A stretch of DNA of 64,000 nucleotides from Octopus sinensis (GCF_006345805.1 NC_043014.1:10726001-10790000), one strand, 5' to 3'; shown: positions 39,619 to 52,290, counted from the stretch's first letter. Numbers and translations are program-made. The notes: a model not told the origin generated them from the sequence alone.

Positions 39619-40543
39619 TATATTATATATATTGTTTCCGGTATAAATTAATATTTCTAAGAACTATTACCGGTCCCTGGTACATTGGGGGAAAAAACTG
39701 CTGGTACGACACATCAGATAGTTTGAGAAGCACTGGCATGGAGCACAGCAGTGATTGGGTGGTGCTGTTGGTGGAACAACTTGAAGATAAACCTTTTGCT
39801 TCTCTACTGACATGCTTCAAAATAACGTCTTTACAAAGCTTAATACGGCCACAGCCAGTGCAAGAACAAACACGTCTAGACCCTATTCCGTACTGGGTCT
39901 TAACATCTTGGAGCGTTTGGCCCTTTCATCTTTTATGTTTAAACTTTTTTTGTTTTCTTGATTTAGTCATTTTTGACTTCGGCCATACTGGGGCACCTCC
40001 TTGAAGGGTTTTAGTCGAAAAAAGTCAACTCCGGGACATTTTCTTTCTTTTAAGCCCAGTACTTATTCTATCGGCTTCTTTTACCGAACTGCTAAGTTAC
40101 GGGGACGTAAACACACCAACATAAATACCTGCTGGTATTTTTGTCATTTAACCATATCTGAGGAAGAGATAACAAACGCAAACACAGAGACAGTACACAT
40201 ATAGTATATAGATACAAATCATATAATATATCTATATATATCATATATATATATAATAAAATATTAGGGAATAATCCAAACTTACAGGGAAACTCAATTT
40301 TAGGATTGAATCCAATTTATAGTAAAATATTATATTATATTAAATTAGAGATAAAACCACTATTAGGCAAATCAAACAATGAAAAACTTAAGCCAATACA
40401 TAAATTAATTAATTTATATTATTTTAAATATATATCAAAATTATTATTACCCAATGGTGGTAAGTAGCTTGTTACCAACCACATGGTTCCGGTTATATAT
40501 ATACATACTACATACATACATAAATACATACATACATACATAC

Positions 40544-40592
<49 letters not shown>

Positions 40593-40790
40593 CGCATATT
40601 TGCCATTTGAATATGGCTAACCCCTAAGGGTGGATGCTACTGAGATTTATCATTATATATATTATATTATATACACTTGGAAATGGATGCGTGGTGTTCA
40701 ATTAAATAATAATAATATAACTAATATATTTATATAAAAGTATGCATATATATATATATGTGTGTGTGTGTGTAGTGTGTGTGGTGTATG

Positions 40791-40828
<38 letters not shown>

Positions 40829-41727
40829 GTGTGTATGTGTTTAGAGTACAGTAGAGCTCAAATGGTTCAAACTTAAACACCGATGCCCACTCACAAGGCT
40901 TTGGTCGGCGGCCCGAGGCTCTAATAGAAGACACTTGCCCAAGGTGCCACACAGTGGGACTGAACCCGTGACCATATATATATGACTGAGAAGCAAACTT
41001 CTTACCACACAGCCATGCGCCTGCACCTATGAAATTTGTTTTGCACATTTTATCTTTTCACGAATAACGAACAATGTTTCCTGGTTACAGATCCTCATCT
41101 GTTTATATTTATATCCAGATGATTTCATTTTAATAATGTTCAAAGACTCAAGGTTTTCATTTATGACGTCATGGAAGTTTTTTTGGTCTTTTTTTTTTGA
41201 TTCGTACTGGGAACGCTTATCAAGGAAACTAATTCATCATAGAAAAAAAAATTTCGTTTTTGGATATCTGAAGTCATCAACACTGATAAACATGACTAAC
41301 TCAGCCTCATCTGATATTTGATAATACGTCTATACTGTAAAAAAAAAACGTTCCCCTTTTCAGCACTTCTGTGTCAGATGTAAATAATTTTCAACGTATG
41401 TATGTATGTATGTATGTATGTATGTATGTATGTATGTATGTATGTATGTATGTATGCGTGTGTGTGTGTATGTGTGTATGTATGTATGTATGTATGTATG
41501 TATGTATGTGTGTATGTATGTATGTATGTATGCATGTATGTTTGTATGTATGCATGTATGTATGAATGTGTGTATGTAAGTATATATGTATGTATGTTTG
41601 TATGTATGTGTGTGTATCTGTACATACAAACATAAATACATACCATATGTGTGTATGTATATTAAACAAAAATGAGTTAAACATTACACGTCATATGACT
41701 TATATATCATTCACACATATAGACGTA

Positions 41728-41758
<31 letters not shown>

Positions 41759-41800
41759 CATACATACATGCATACATGCATTCATACACACGTACATACA

Positions 41801-41834
<34 letters not shown>

Positions 41835-42189
41835 CATACATATATATATACATGCATAAATACATACATACACACACTAGGATGGAAAGGTGTGTGTGTG
41901 TGTGTGTGTGTGGTGTGTGTCTGTTTTAGGCACACCTGGTGGAATCTTTCTGGGATTTTAAAGTATCGTCAATATGGCGTCCATACCTCTGACGAATATA
42001 GCAAAGACATAATGAGGTAAACATGAAGATTAATGGAAGGTTCAAGTCATCGAAACGCAATTAAAGCCGTCATAAAACCTCAAATTAATTAAATCCGTCC
42101 CCGGCAATGGGTCTGTTTGAGTATGCAAAAGAACGTAGAATATCAATCCTGGTGCTTTGAACAAGTCTATTTTCTTCGAACTTTTCTAG

Positions 42190-42933
42190 AGGATTCCTGC
42201 GACTGCAAAGCAGTAAAATTTGAGAGATAGAAACTGCGAGAAGAGGGAAAAGAAAGAAAAAGAGAAAAAAGAATGGGACATCGTTGGCAGTTGACGATCA
42301 ACTGCCAGCATGCCCCGAAACTCTGTTGGTGGGAAGTGTGCCACCGACAGAGGGAGCAGTGACCCCCTCCCAGAAGGAGTTAAAGATGAGTTTGTCATAC
42401 TCTTTCTGAAGGGAGGGGCGATAGAACGCTTCCTATGGAAGCGAGGCTTGACGGAGGAGCCCTTAGCCTGGACAGAAGGCAGGAGTTGGCCTTGGCAGGT
42501 GACTGCAAAGGTCATATTGGAGGTCAACATGTCCATGGTGTTGGGCTCCTTTACGAAGGGCTTGTTTAGAGTCGATTTGGGGGACCCCGACCGGGATCCG
42601 AAGCAGTACCTAGGGGCAGCTTTCAGCCTGGTTAGGGGAGAAACTGGGATGGTCATATCGGAGGTCAACATGTCCATGGTGTTGGGCTCCTTTACGAAGG
42701 GCTTGTTTAGAGTCGATTTGGGGGACCCCGACCGGGATCCGAAGCAGTACTTAGGGGCAGCTTACAGCCACGTCGGGGGCGAAACTGGGAAGGTCATATC
42801 GGAGGTCAACATGTCCATGGTGTTGGGCTCCTTTACGAAAGACTTGTTTAGAGTCGATTTCTGGGACCCCGACCGGGATCCGAAGCAGTACTTAGGGGCA
42901 GCTTACAGCCTCGTCGGGGGCGAAGATGAATAG
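42190..42933 (+). other. GC-rich island with a 207-codon ORF containing three 141-bp in-frame repeats; identity unknown (possibly a retroelement 5'/ORF1 region)
   Basis: gaggtcaacatg at 42520, 42661 and 42802; 47-aa period in ORF 42310-42933. Confidence 0.5.
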
Positions 42934-43702
42934 GCTTAGAGCCGAAATATGTTAATTTTTGTAATGATTAATATTGTTGGCGAATTATAAGAGGTTCATT
43001 GCCTCATGTAATGATTTGTTAAAGAACAATGTTATAGAGAAGCAGAGGGTCGGCGGGCGCTTTCTGTCTTCTCTCATCCTTATCATACTTGTATCATTAT
43101 CATTAATTTCATTAATGCCTTGTCCAGCCCGCAAAGCTACCCAATCTATGTAGTCTTCATGACAAATTTAATGAAATGAAGCAGTCTGTATATATCTGTG
43201 TGTAAACATCCACATTTGTGCTTGGGTTTATATTTCTGCGAACGAGCGTGCGTGTATGTATATATGCGTGTGCGTATGCGTGCGTGCGCGTGTATCAACG
43301 TGTATATTATAGACTTGACTCAAGTCGGAATGAAACGATATTGTTTTTCTCCATTTTCTTATTCTTCCAGAGACTTATCAACGCTGTATGACGTCTAATA
43401 TACGTCAGCGTCTACTATTGAGAAGCCACAGAGTTGAACTGTCTATGTTTTGCTTTTTGCTTTTCAATAGCAAATGTCAGTTGTAAAACAGAAATGACAC
43501 TTAAAAAACAAAAGAATGCATCTGAAAGTTTATCAAATATTTTGTTTTCAATTTTGCATCCTGTATTCGCCTGTATTTTCTCGCCAATGCATTAATTCTT
43601 AAGCAATGTTGCATTTTCGTCAGACAAATTTAATGACGGCCACCTTCAAAGTTATAAATTTTACTGGTAATGATATAAATCTATAATCCGGGTGTTATTA
43701 TA

Positions 43703-44207
43703 TCTATATATATAAAACTCTAGTTGTGTGAGTGTCTGTCCCCTTCGATTTAGATTCCTAACTCCTCCCACATTTTGCGGTGCAGTTTAACCAAATTCGG
43801 GTATCTTATAGTCGTGATTCATATCGAGCCCGTCTGACTATTAGCGCGCGTCAACGATGAGTCTACGATTTTAAAAATAATTTAACATCATTTTTTATTC
43901 CATTTTTAATGCATAAAATGCATCGTATGTCGATGCGGCGGAGTTGGCGTCCACGCTCACAGCTGCACCTGTTTGCTTTCCCCCTTCCCGCCCTCGTGAA
44001 GCTGTGGGGAAGGGAGTGTAAAGAACTCAACGTCGTAATGCGTTGTGAAGGAAACCAGCGTTCTTTTAGAACAACGACTTCATGGCTTGAAGACACCAAA
44101 ATAAAAATGGCTAAGAAAGCCCGAATTTATAAGGGAAGTAACTCTCTAAAAATGCTTATATAGTTATTTCCCTTACAAACCCGAGCAACGCCGGGCGATA
44201 CTGCTAG
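43703..44207 (+). mobile_element. Non-autonomous Helitron
   Basis: A|TC start, hairpin and CTAG end. Confidence 0.9.
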
Positions 44208-44598
44208 TCTTTATATATAAAAGAAAGGTTGTGTGTCTGTCTACTCCGATTTAGATTCCTAACTACTCCCACATTTTGCGATGCAGTTTAACCAAAACCG
44301 GGTATCTTATAGTCGTGATTCATATCGAGCCCTTCTGGGTATTAGCGCGCGTCTACGATGAGTCTACGATTTTAAAAATAATTTACCATCATTTTTTCCA
44401 TTTTAATGCATATTTTTTTTAATAAAGGGACGTAACTCTCTAAATATGTCTACGATGAGTCAACGATTTTAAAAAATATTTACCATAATTTTTTTCCATT
44501 TTTAATGCATTTTTTGCTATTTTTTGGCTATAACTCTCTAAAAATGCTTTATAGTTATTTCCTTTACAAACCCGAGCAACGCCGGGCGATACTGCTAG
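44208..44598 (+). mobile_element. Non-autonomous Helitron directly abutting the previous copy
   Basis: CTAG|TC junction; ends with hairpin plus CTAG|T. Confidence 0.9.
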
Positions 44599-44788
44599 TC
44601 AATTATAAAGTTATTAATAGCATAAAAAATTAGTAAATATAATAGACTGTAAATACAAGACAAAGCTAACCAAGCCTTGTCTAATGACAAGAAATATTCT
44701 ACAGTTATATATTTAAGAGATGAGGAATTATATACATTATTTACATTATTTACATTCCACGGATATTTTCCTCATCTTGTTTGTTGTT

Positions 44789-44834
44789 AACACAACGTTT
44801 CGGCTGATATACCCTCCAGCCTTCTTCGGGTGTC
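44789..44834 (-). ncRNA. Minimal type I hammerhead motif
   Basis: GACAC-CCGAAGA-A-GGCUG...CAGCC-GAAACGUU-GUGUU, with a U4C core change. Confidence 0.55.
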
Positions 44835-45061
44835 TTGGGGAAATTTCGAACCTGGGTTCTCATTCCTAAGGTATTTTTCGATGTTGTTATTATTATTATT
44901 GTTGTTGTTGTTGTTGTTGTTGTTCAGGTTACTGCTTGGAATCGAACTCGGAATCTTGGGGTTAGTAGCCTGCGCCCTCTAACTATTACGTCATATGCCC
45001 ATGGGCATATGGCGAAGTGGGCTACTAACCCCAAGATTCCGAGTTCGATTCCAAGCAGTGA

Positions 45062-45183
<122 letters not shown>

Positions 45184-45233
45184 GCATCGAAAAATACCTT
45201 AGGAATGAGAACCCAGGTTTGAAATTTCCTTAA

Positions 45234-45279
45234 GACACCTGATGAAGGCTGGAAGGTATATCATCCGAAACGTTGTGTT
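45234..45279 (+). ncRNA. Minimal type I hammerhead motif
   Basis: GACAC-CUGAUGA-A-GGCUG...CAUCC-GAAACGUU-GUGUU; core intact, one stem II mismatch. Confidence 0.65.
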
Positions 45280-45339
45280 AACAACAAACAAGATGAGGAC
45301 AAATATCCGTCAAGTGTAAATAATGTAAATGAATATTCT

Positions 45340-45725
45340 TTTTACTCTATGTACAAGGCCCGAAATTTGGGGGATGGGAGCCAGTTGATTACATCGACCC
45401 CAGTACGCAACTGGTACTTAATTAATCGACCCAAAAGGATAAAAGGCAAAGTTGACTTCGGCGGAATTTGAACTCAGAACGTAAAGACAGACGAAATACC
45501 TATTTCTTTACTACCCACAAGGGTCTAAACACAGAGAGAACAAACAAGGACAGATAAACGGATTAAGTCGATTATATCGACCCCAATGCGTAACTAATAC
45601 TTATTTAATCGACCCCGAAAGGATGAAAGGCAAAGTCCACGTGGGCAGAATTTGAACTCAGAACGTAGCGGCAAAGCACTTCGTCCGGCGTGCTAACGTT
45701 TCTGCCAGATCGCCGCCTTAATAAC
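45340..45725 (-). mobile_element. SINE family A multimer
   Basis: Tandem units with the fixed junction at about 45500. Confidence 0.8.
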
Positions 45726-46044
45726 CAGAAATATTAGCTTGCATGTGTTTGCTTCCATACATTACATCAAACCGTGTCTTGATGTCCTTAATCTTTTTTT
45801 TTCTTTCTTACTCGTTCCATTCATTGAAATGCGGCCATGCTGGCGCACTAGCTTCAGGGTTATTTATTTGTCGAACAAAATCGACCATAGTATTTACGTT
45901 TCCTTTTCCTTTCATTTTCTTTCATTCTGATACTTTTTCCTATCGGCCGATCTGCCACGCTAAAGGGATGTAAACAAACCGACAACGGTTGTCAAGAGAA
46001 GGCCTGGTGATAGACACAGGCACAATCACACATGAATATATATA

Positions 46045-47262
46045 GAGGGTGCAATGGGTAAATTGTTGCCATATTATATTCTTTAGCTTCGTGCAAGCGT
46101 ATTGTTTGTTTTTGATTTTGTCGACTACACAGTACTGTAGGATCTGTTGGGCACCGTCTGTAAGAAAAACAGCACCATGACTCAATTCACTCTGCCAGTA
46201 ATTTAGAAGTGCTTGGCATTCATGCCGAAAGTGCCAATACGAACATTTCAGAGTGTTTGGGTGTCAATCTGAGGACAGTGCAATCTGAGAACATGTACAG
46301 AGAGTGATAAAAATCAAAGACCCAGTTAACATCACTAGTGACGGTGACGTTATACCTACATTCATCTTCCCACACGGCCTCAGACTCAATGCGGAGGCCT
46401 ATCTCAAGTGCCTGGAGGAAGTAGTGCTGCCCTGAGTCAAGAGGGTGCCTGCTGGAAGACCCTATGCCTGGCAACCCTATCTCTCTGCACCATGTCACAC
46501 AACCCAGTCATGGTTGTCATACAATTTCTGCGACCACATCACCCTTGACATCACATCACTCCTGGCTGCTGGAAGACCCTATACCTGGCAACCCTATCTC
46601 TCTGCACCATGTCCACCAACCCAGTCATGGTTGTCATACAATTTCTGCGACCACATCACCCTTGACATCACATCACTCCTGGCTGCTGGAAGACCCTATA
46701 CCTGGCAACCCTATCTCTCTGCACCATGTCACACAACCCAGTCATGGTTGTCATACAATTTCTGCGACCACATCACCCTTGACATCACATCACTCCTGGC
46801 TGCTGGAAGACCCTATACCTGGCAACCCTATCTCTCTGCACCATACCACACAAGCAGAGGAACCCAGTCATGGCTGTCATACAGTTTCTGCGACCACATC
46901 ATCCATGACATCTGACCATTTAACTTCCCACACTGCAACCCCCTTTATTATTATGTGTAGGTTGCAGTTGAGCGAGAGAACGACAAAACTCCTTGTAACA
47001 CCAAACATGAACTGAAGGCAAGGATTACGGCAGCATTCACCAACTTAAACAGGGAGGCCGTCTTGAAAAGTTGCAAGAGATTCCGAAGTCGTCTCGAGGC
47101 CGTGGTTGAAACCATTGGCGATTTTTTTGAATAAATTTACTCTCTAATATTTCAAGATATTTTTATATAATTTTGGTAAATATATCCGTTAATATATCCG
47201 TAGATGTCAGTACTACTTCCATTTTTGCGTAATTTAGACGACAATTTATTCACCGTACCCTG
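46045..47262 (+). mobile_element. Internally deleted maT (DD37D) Tc1/mariner element with an internal 117-bp tandem repeat
   Basis: TIRs gagggtgcaatgggtaaattg / aatttattcaccgtaccctg; 37-residue spacing between the degenerate second and third catalytic positions; C-terminus ...SCKRFRSRLEAVVE. Confidence 0.85.
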
Positions 47263-47274
47263 TGTATATATATA

Positions 47275-47318
<44 letters not shown>

Positions 47319-47342
47319 CGCGCGCGCGCGCGTAAGTGTATA

Positions 47343-47470
47343 CGACGGGCTTCCACACACTTTCTGTCTACCATATTCACAAGGCATCATTTGACTCGGG
47401 GCTATAGTTAGCCCCGAGTCAAATGATGCCTTGTGAATATGGTAGACGGAAAGTGTGTGGAAGCCCGTCG
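47343..47470. repeat. Near-perfect palindrome with 62-bp arms, made of SINE B-like sequence
   Basis: ...ttgactcggggcta TAGT tagccccgagtcaa...; one mismatch. Confidence 0.95.
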
Positions 47471-47704
47471 AATATGGTAGACGTAAAGTGAAAGAAGCTT
47501 GCCCATATTTCCGCGCAGTGGGACTGAACCCGAATCCACGTGGTTCCAGAGCGAGCTTCTTAACCATACAGCCTTGCCTGGCTATGTTCAGGGTAATACC
47601 TAGCATGATGTCATAAGAAACATAGCAAACAATAACCGTCAATCACTGGTGTGTTTGACTTTATATCATGGTGTATACTTTCAGTCATAGCCATGAGAAT
47701 GGGA

Positions 47705-48152
47705 CATCTAGAGGAAGAGAATAGGATAGAATGGGATAGCTAGAGGATAGAATGGGACAGCTAGAGGAAGAGAATGGGATAGAATGGGACAGCTAGAGGA
47801 TAAAATGGGACAGCTAGAGGATAGAATGGGACAGCTACAAGATAGAATGGGACAGCTACAGGATAGAAAGGGACAGCTAGAGGATAGAAAGGGACAGCTA
47901 GAGGATAGAATGGTACAGCCAGAAGATAGAATGGGATAGCTAGAGGATAGAATGGGACAACTAGAGGATAGAATGGGACAGCTAGGGATAGAATGGGACA
48001 GCTAGAGGAAGAGAATGGGATAGAATGGGACAGCTACAGGATAGAAAGGGACAGCTAGAGGATAGAATGGGATAGCTAGAGGATAGAATGGGCCAGCTAG
48101 AGGATAGAATAGGACAGCTAGAGGATAGAATGGGACAGCTAGAGGAAGAGAA
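47705..48152. repeat. 21-bp purine-rich minisatellite (gaggatagaatgggacagcta), about 20 units
   Basis: Direct reading. Confidence 0.95.
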
Positions 48153-49449
48153 AGCTGCGCAGGTACTCCACTGATTTTCATTTCAGCTGAGAAAATCTAA
48201 AGTAAAGAGAAATGAAGGGCTTAGCTGAAGCGCATAATAACCATTCCGATTCTAGAATTGGACCCACAATCTAGTGATCATAAGCCTACTACACTAATCC
48301 CGATTCTATACTCCTTCATTAAACGAATATTATTGTGATATTGGTTTCAAATTTTGGTACAAGGTTAGCGATTTCGGAGGAGGGGATAAGTTGATTACAT
48401 CGACCCCAGTAATCAACTGGTACTTATTTTATCCCTGTAACCTTGTCGTTACGAAAGAATAGAATATGCACTAGGCTTACAAAAGAATAAGTCCTGGGGT
48501 GTCTATTTGTTCGACTAAAAGGCGGTGCTCCAGCATGGCCGCAGTGTCAAACGACTGAAACAAGTAAAAGAAAAAAAAGAAAAGAAAAGAATAAATTATG
48601 AAAGATAACAATCAGTTCGAGAGAAATGATGGCTCCATATTACATGAATCACATGCTTAAAGATTAATCTGTTGTTACAAGCTTAAAAGAGAGAACTAGA
48701 TCGTAAAGTTGTATCTACAAAGATTCTAACATCAGATAGGGTCATTTCACATAAATATGTTTTATCTAAACATCGTATTTTTCACACTACAGACATCTGA
48801 ACATTGTTTCAGAAAACAATTTGAAACCGCCTTGGCGGTCGATATAACTAGTACAAGTTGGTAAAACTGAGATTATCTAAATTTTCGGATTGCCGATCAA
48901 CATGCTGATAAGGTAACTGACAACCAGCCAATAGATCAGCGGTTTTGTACATTGCCATAGGTCGTTCATATATGTATCGTTGGTGAGTCATATGTAAAAA
49001 AAAATCGGTAACTTTTAACTCTTTTAATCAACGCTTTCAACTCTAAAATGGCCTAGTTTTCCTCTACCAGATCCCCTCACAGGGTATTGGTAGGCCTGGG
49101 CTTTATAAGAAAGGTGCCATAAAATTAGAGTTCTTGCTCTCGGTTCCTGTTCAAAGTAGTGGAAGGATTTCTCAGAATTCAGTGCTTTTTGGAATCTGAT
49201 AGAAATTTTAAGTGGATAAACGTTTCATGCTTCATTGAAGTTTTGGGGCTTCAATGAACACTTTGCCGTCGGGATCCATCGCATAAGATTAAGGTTAGTT
49301 GCTGTGAGAAAAAGTTGGTGCTTCCGGTTATAAGTCCACGACAGCGAGCATTGTTCGAGGAACGACCAAGGGAAGTGAAAGAGGAGTGAATAAGTTATAT
49401 GGTAGAGATACGAAATAGCTAAGAAATGAAAGTAAGAAATGAAAGATGT

Positions 49450-49780
49450 GGGTCCGAGGTCGACTTTGCCTTTCATCCTTTCGAGGTCGATAAGTACCAG
49501 TCACGTACTGGGGTCGATGTCATCGACTTAATCCGTTTGTCTGTCCTTGTTTGTCCTCTCTGTGTTTAGCCCCTTCTGGGTAGTAAAGAAATAGGTATTC
49601 CCTCTGCCGCTACGTTCTGAGTTCAAATTCCGCCGAGGACGACTTTGCCTTTCATCCTTTCGGGGTCGATAAATTAAGTACCAGTCACGCACTGGGGTCC
49701 ATGTAATCGACTTAATCCCGTTGTCTGTCCTTCTTTGTCCCCTCTGTGTTTAGCCCCTTGTGGGTAGTAAAGAAATAAGA
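49450..49780 (+). mobile_element. SINE family A dimer
   Basis: Fixed junction at about 49593. Confidence 0.8.
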
Positions 49781-49857
49781 AACTGACAGTGACAAGCAAC
49801 GGTAGTTGTTTCAAACTGACAGGGGTTGCCTTACATTTCAATTCAACGACATCGTAG

Positions 49858-50143
49858 TGTAGAGGCACATTTCCGTGTGGTTAGAGCAGCGGACTCGCGG
49901 TCGAGGGATCGCGGGTTCGAATCTCAGACCGGGCGATGTGTGTGTTTATGAGCAAAACACCTAAGCACCAGAATGTAATGGCGAACTTCTGCTGACTCTT
50001 TGGCCTCAACTTTCTCTCACACTTTCCTCCTGCATCTTGCAGCTCACCTGCGACGGACCGGCGTCCCGTCCAGGTGGGGAACGTATACGCCAAGAAACCG
50101 GGAAACAGGCCCTTATGAGCCAGGCGTGGCTCGAGAAGGAACA
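49858..50143 (+). mobile_element. SINE family C
   Basis: tRNA-like head; tail type shared with 8639. Confidence 0.75.
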
Positions 50144-50464
50144 AACAAAACGGCATCGTGTATGATGGGTTTTGAAGAGAAAGTGTTCATTGACGTTCCA
50201 ACTCTTCAATGAAGCATGGAATATTTATCCACTTAAAAAAAAGGTATCAAAATTCCAAGAATACCGAATTCTCAAAAATTATTCTAATACATTAAACAGC
50301 AAGTGAGAATCGTGAATGACAACAGCTCTAATTTTATGACAAATTTGACTCTGTAGTCCTGAGCCGGCCAATGACTTGTAAGAGAATTTAGTATACGGAA
50401 ACTGTGTGGAAGCCTATCATATATGTGTGTGTATCTTTGTGTTTCTGTTTGTCACATCCGCACT

Positions 50465-50870
50465 GACCTCGGCGGAATTTGAACTCAGAACGTAGCGTCA
50501 GACGCAATACCTATTTCTTCACTACCCATAAGGGGCTAAACACAGAGAGGACAAACAAGGACAGACAAGCGGATTAAGTCGATTATATCGACCCTAGTGC
50601 GTAACTGGTACTTATTTAATCGACCCCGAAAGGATGAAAGGCAAAGTCGACCTCGGCGGAATTTGAACTCAGAACGTAGCGGCAGACGAAATACCGCTAA
50701 GCATTTCGCCCGGCGTGCTAACGTTTCTGCCAGCTCACCGCCTTTAACAATATTTATTTCTTTGCTGCCCACGGGGGGCTAAACATAGAGAAGACAAACA
50801 AGGACAGACAAAGGGATTAAGTCGATTACATCGACCCCAGTGTGTAACTGGTACTTAATTTATCGACCCC
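50465..50870 (-). mobile_element. SINE family A multimer
   Basis: Tandem units. Confidence 0.8.
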
Positions 50871-51116
50871 TATAGTACCAGGCATAAAAAGGAAAAAAAG
50901 AAACAATTATAGTGGTCGAATCATTCAACTAAACCCTTTGAGGTTATGCCCCAGCATGGCCGCAGTCCAATGACTAAAACAGTCCAATGACTAAATGACG
51001 AAAAAGGAATTATTTGTTTAACCTGTAGTAAAATTTAGGTTATGTTTTTGCTTATCTAACGTATTTTCGGAGTAGAAATTGATATTTGGGAAAGAAGTTA
51101 AATATGTCAACAGGCT

Positions 51117-51148
<32 letters not shown>

Positions 51149-51294
51149 AAGGTAAATGGCAAGAATGAATAAATTACTGCTGAAGAAAGTAAACAGCTAG
51201 GAAGATAACGGTTAGTGCAATCTTCAAAAATACTTTGTAATGAAATATATAAACAGGTGCTTGGTGAGTCTGATTATCAACAGTATGATGCTGG

Positions 51295-51312
51295 CTGCTG
51301 CTGCTGCTGTTG

Positions 51313-51344
<32 letters not shown>

Positions 51345-52290
51345 GGTGGTGGTGGTGGTGGTGGTGGTGGTGGTGGTGGTGATGGTGGTGGTGGTGGTGA
51401 TGGTGTGGTGGTGGTTTGTGGTGGGTGGTGGTGGTGGTGGTGGTGGTGTGTGGTGTGGTGGTGGTGGTGGTGGTGGTGGTGGTCGTGGTAGTGGTGGTGG
51501 TGGTGGCGGTGGTGGTGGTGGTGTGTTCTTTACCTGCTTCTTCTTTTCCCTCTTCTTTGCTTCTGATTTGTTTGTTTGTTTGGGTTTTCTTCTTCCTTTT
51601 CTTCTTCTTCCTTTTCTTCTTCTTCCTTTTCTTCCCCCTTTTTTCTTCCTTTTCTCTTCTTCTTCTTCTTCTTCTTCTTTTTCTTCTTCTTCCTTTTCTT
51701 CTTCCTTTTCTTCCTCCTTTTTTCTTCCTTTTCCTCTTCTTCTTCTTCTTCTTCTTCTTCTTTTTCTTCTTCTTCCTTTTCTTCTTCTTCTTTTTCTTCT
51801 TCTTCATCTTCTTCCTTTCTTTTCTCCTTTTCTTCTTCTTCCTTTTCTTCTTCCTTTTCTTCTTCCTTTTCTTCTTCTTCTTCTTCTTCTTCTTCTTCCT
51901 TTTCTTCTTCTTCCTTTTCTTCTTCTTCCTTTTCTTCCCCCTTTCTTTCTTCCTTTTCTCTCTTCTTCTTTCTTCTTTTTTCTTCTTCTTCTTCCTTTTC
52001 TTCTTCCTTTTCTTCCTCCTTTTTTCTCTTTTCCTCTTCTTCTTCTTCTTCTTCTTCTTCTTTTTTCTTCTTCTTCCTTTTCCTTCTTCTTCTTTCTTCT
52101 TCTTCTCTCTTCTTTTCTTCTTTTCCTTTTCTTCTTCTTCCTTTTTTTTTTTTTTCTTCTTCCTTTTCTTCTTCTTCTTCTTCTTCTTCTTCTTCTTCCT
52201 TTTCTTCTTCTTCTTCTTCTTCTCCTCCTCCTCCTCCTCCTCCTTCTTCTTCTTCGTTTCCGCTTTCTTCATCGTCATCATCACCATCAT
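51295..52290. repeat. (GCT)/(GTT)/(GGT)n followed by a pure pyrimidine (TTC/CTTTT)n tract of about 700 bp
   Basis: Direct reading. Confidence 0.95.
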
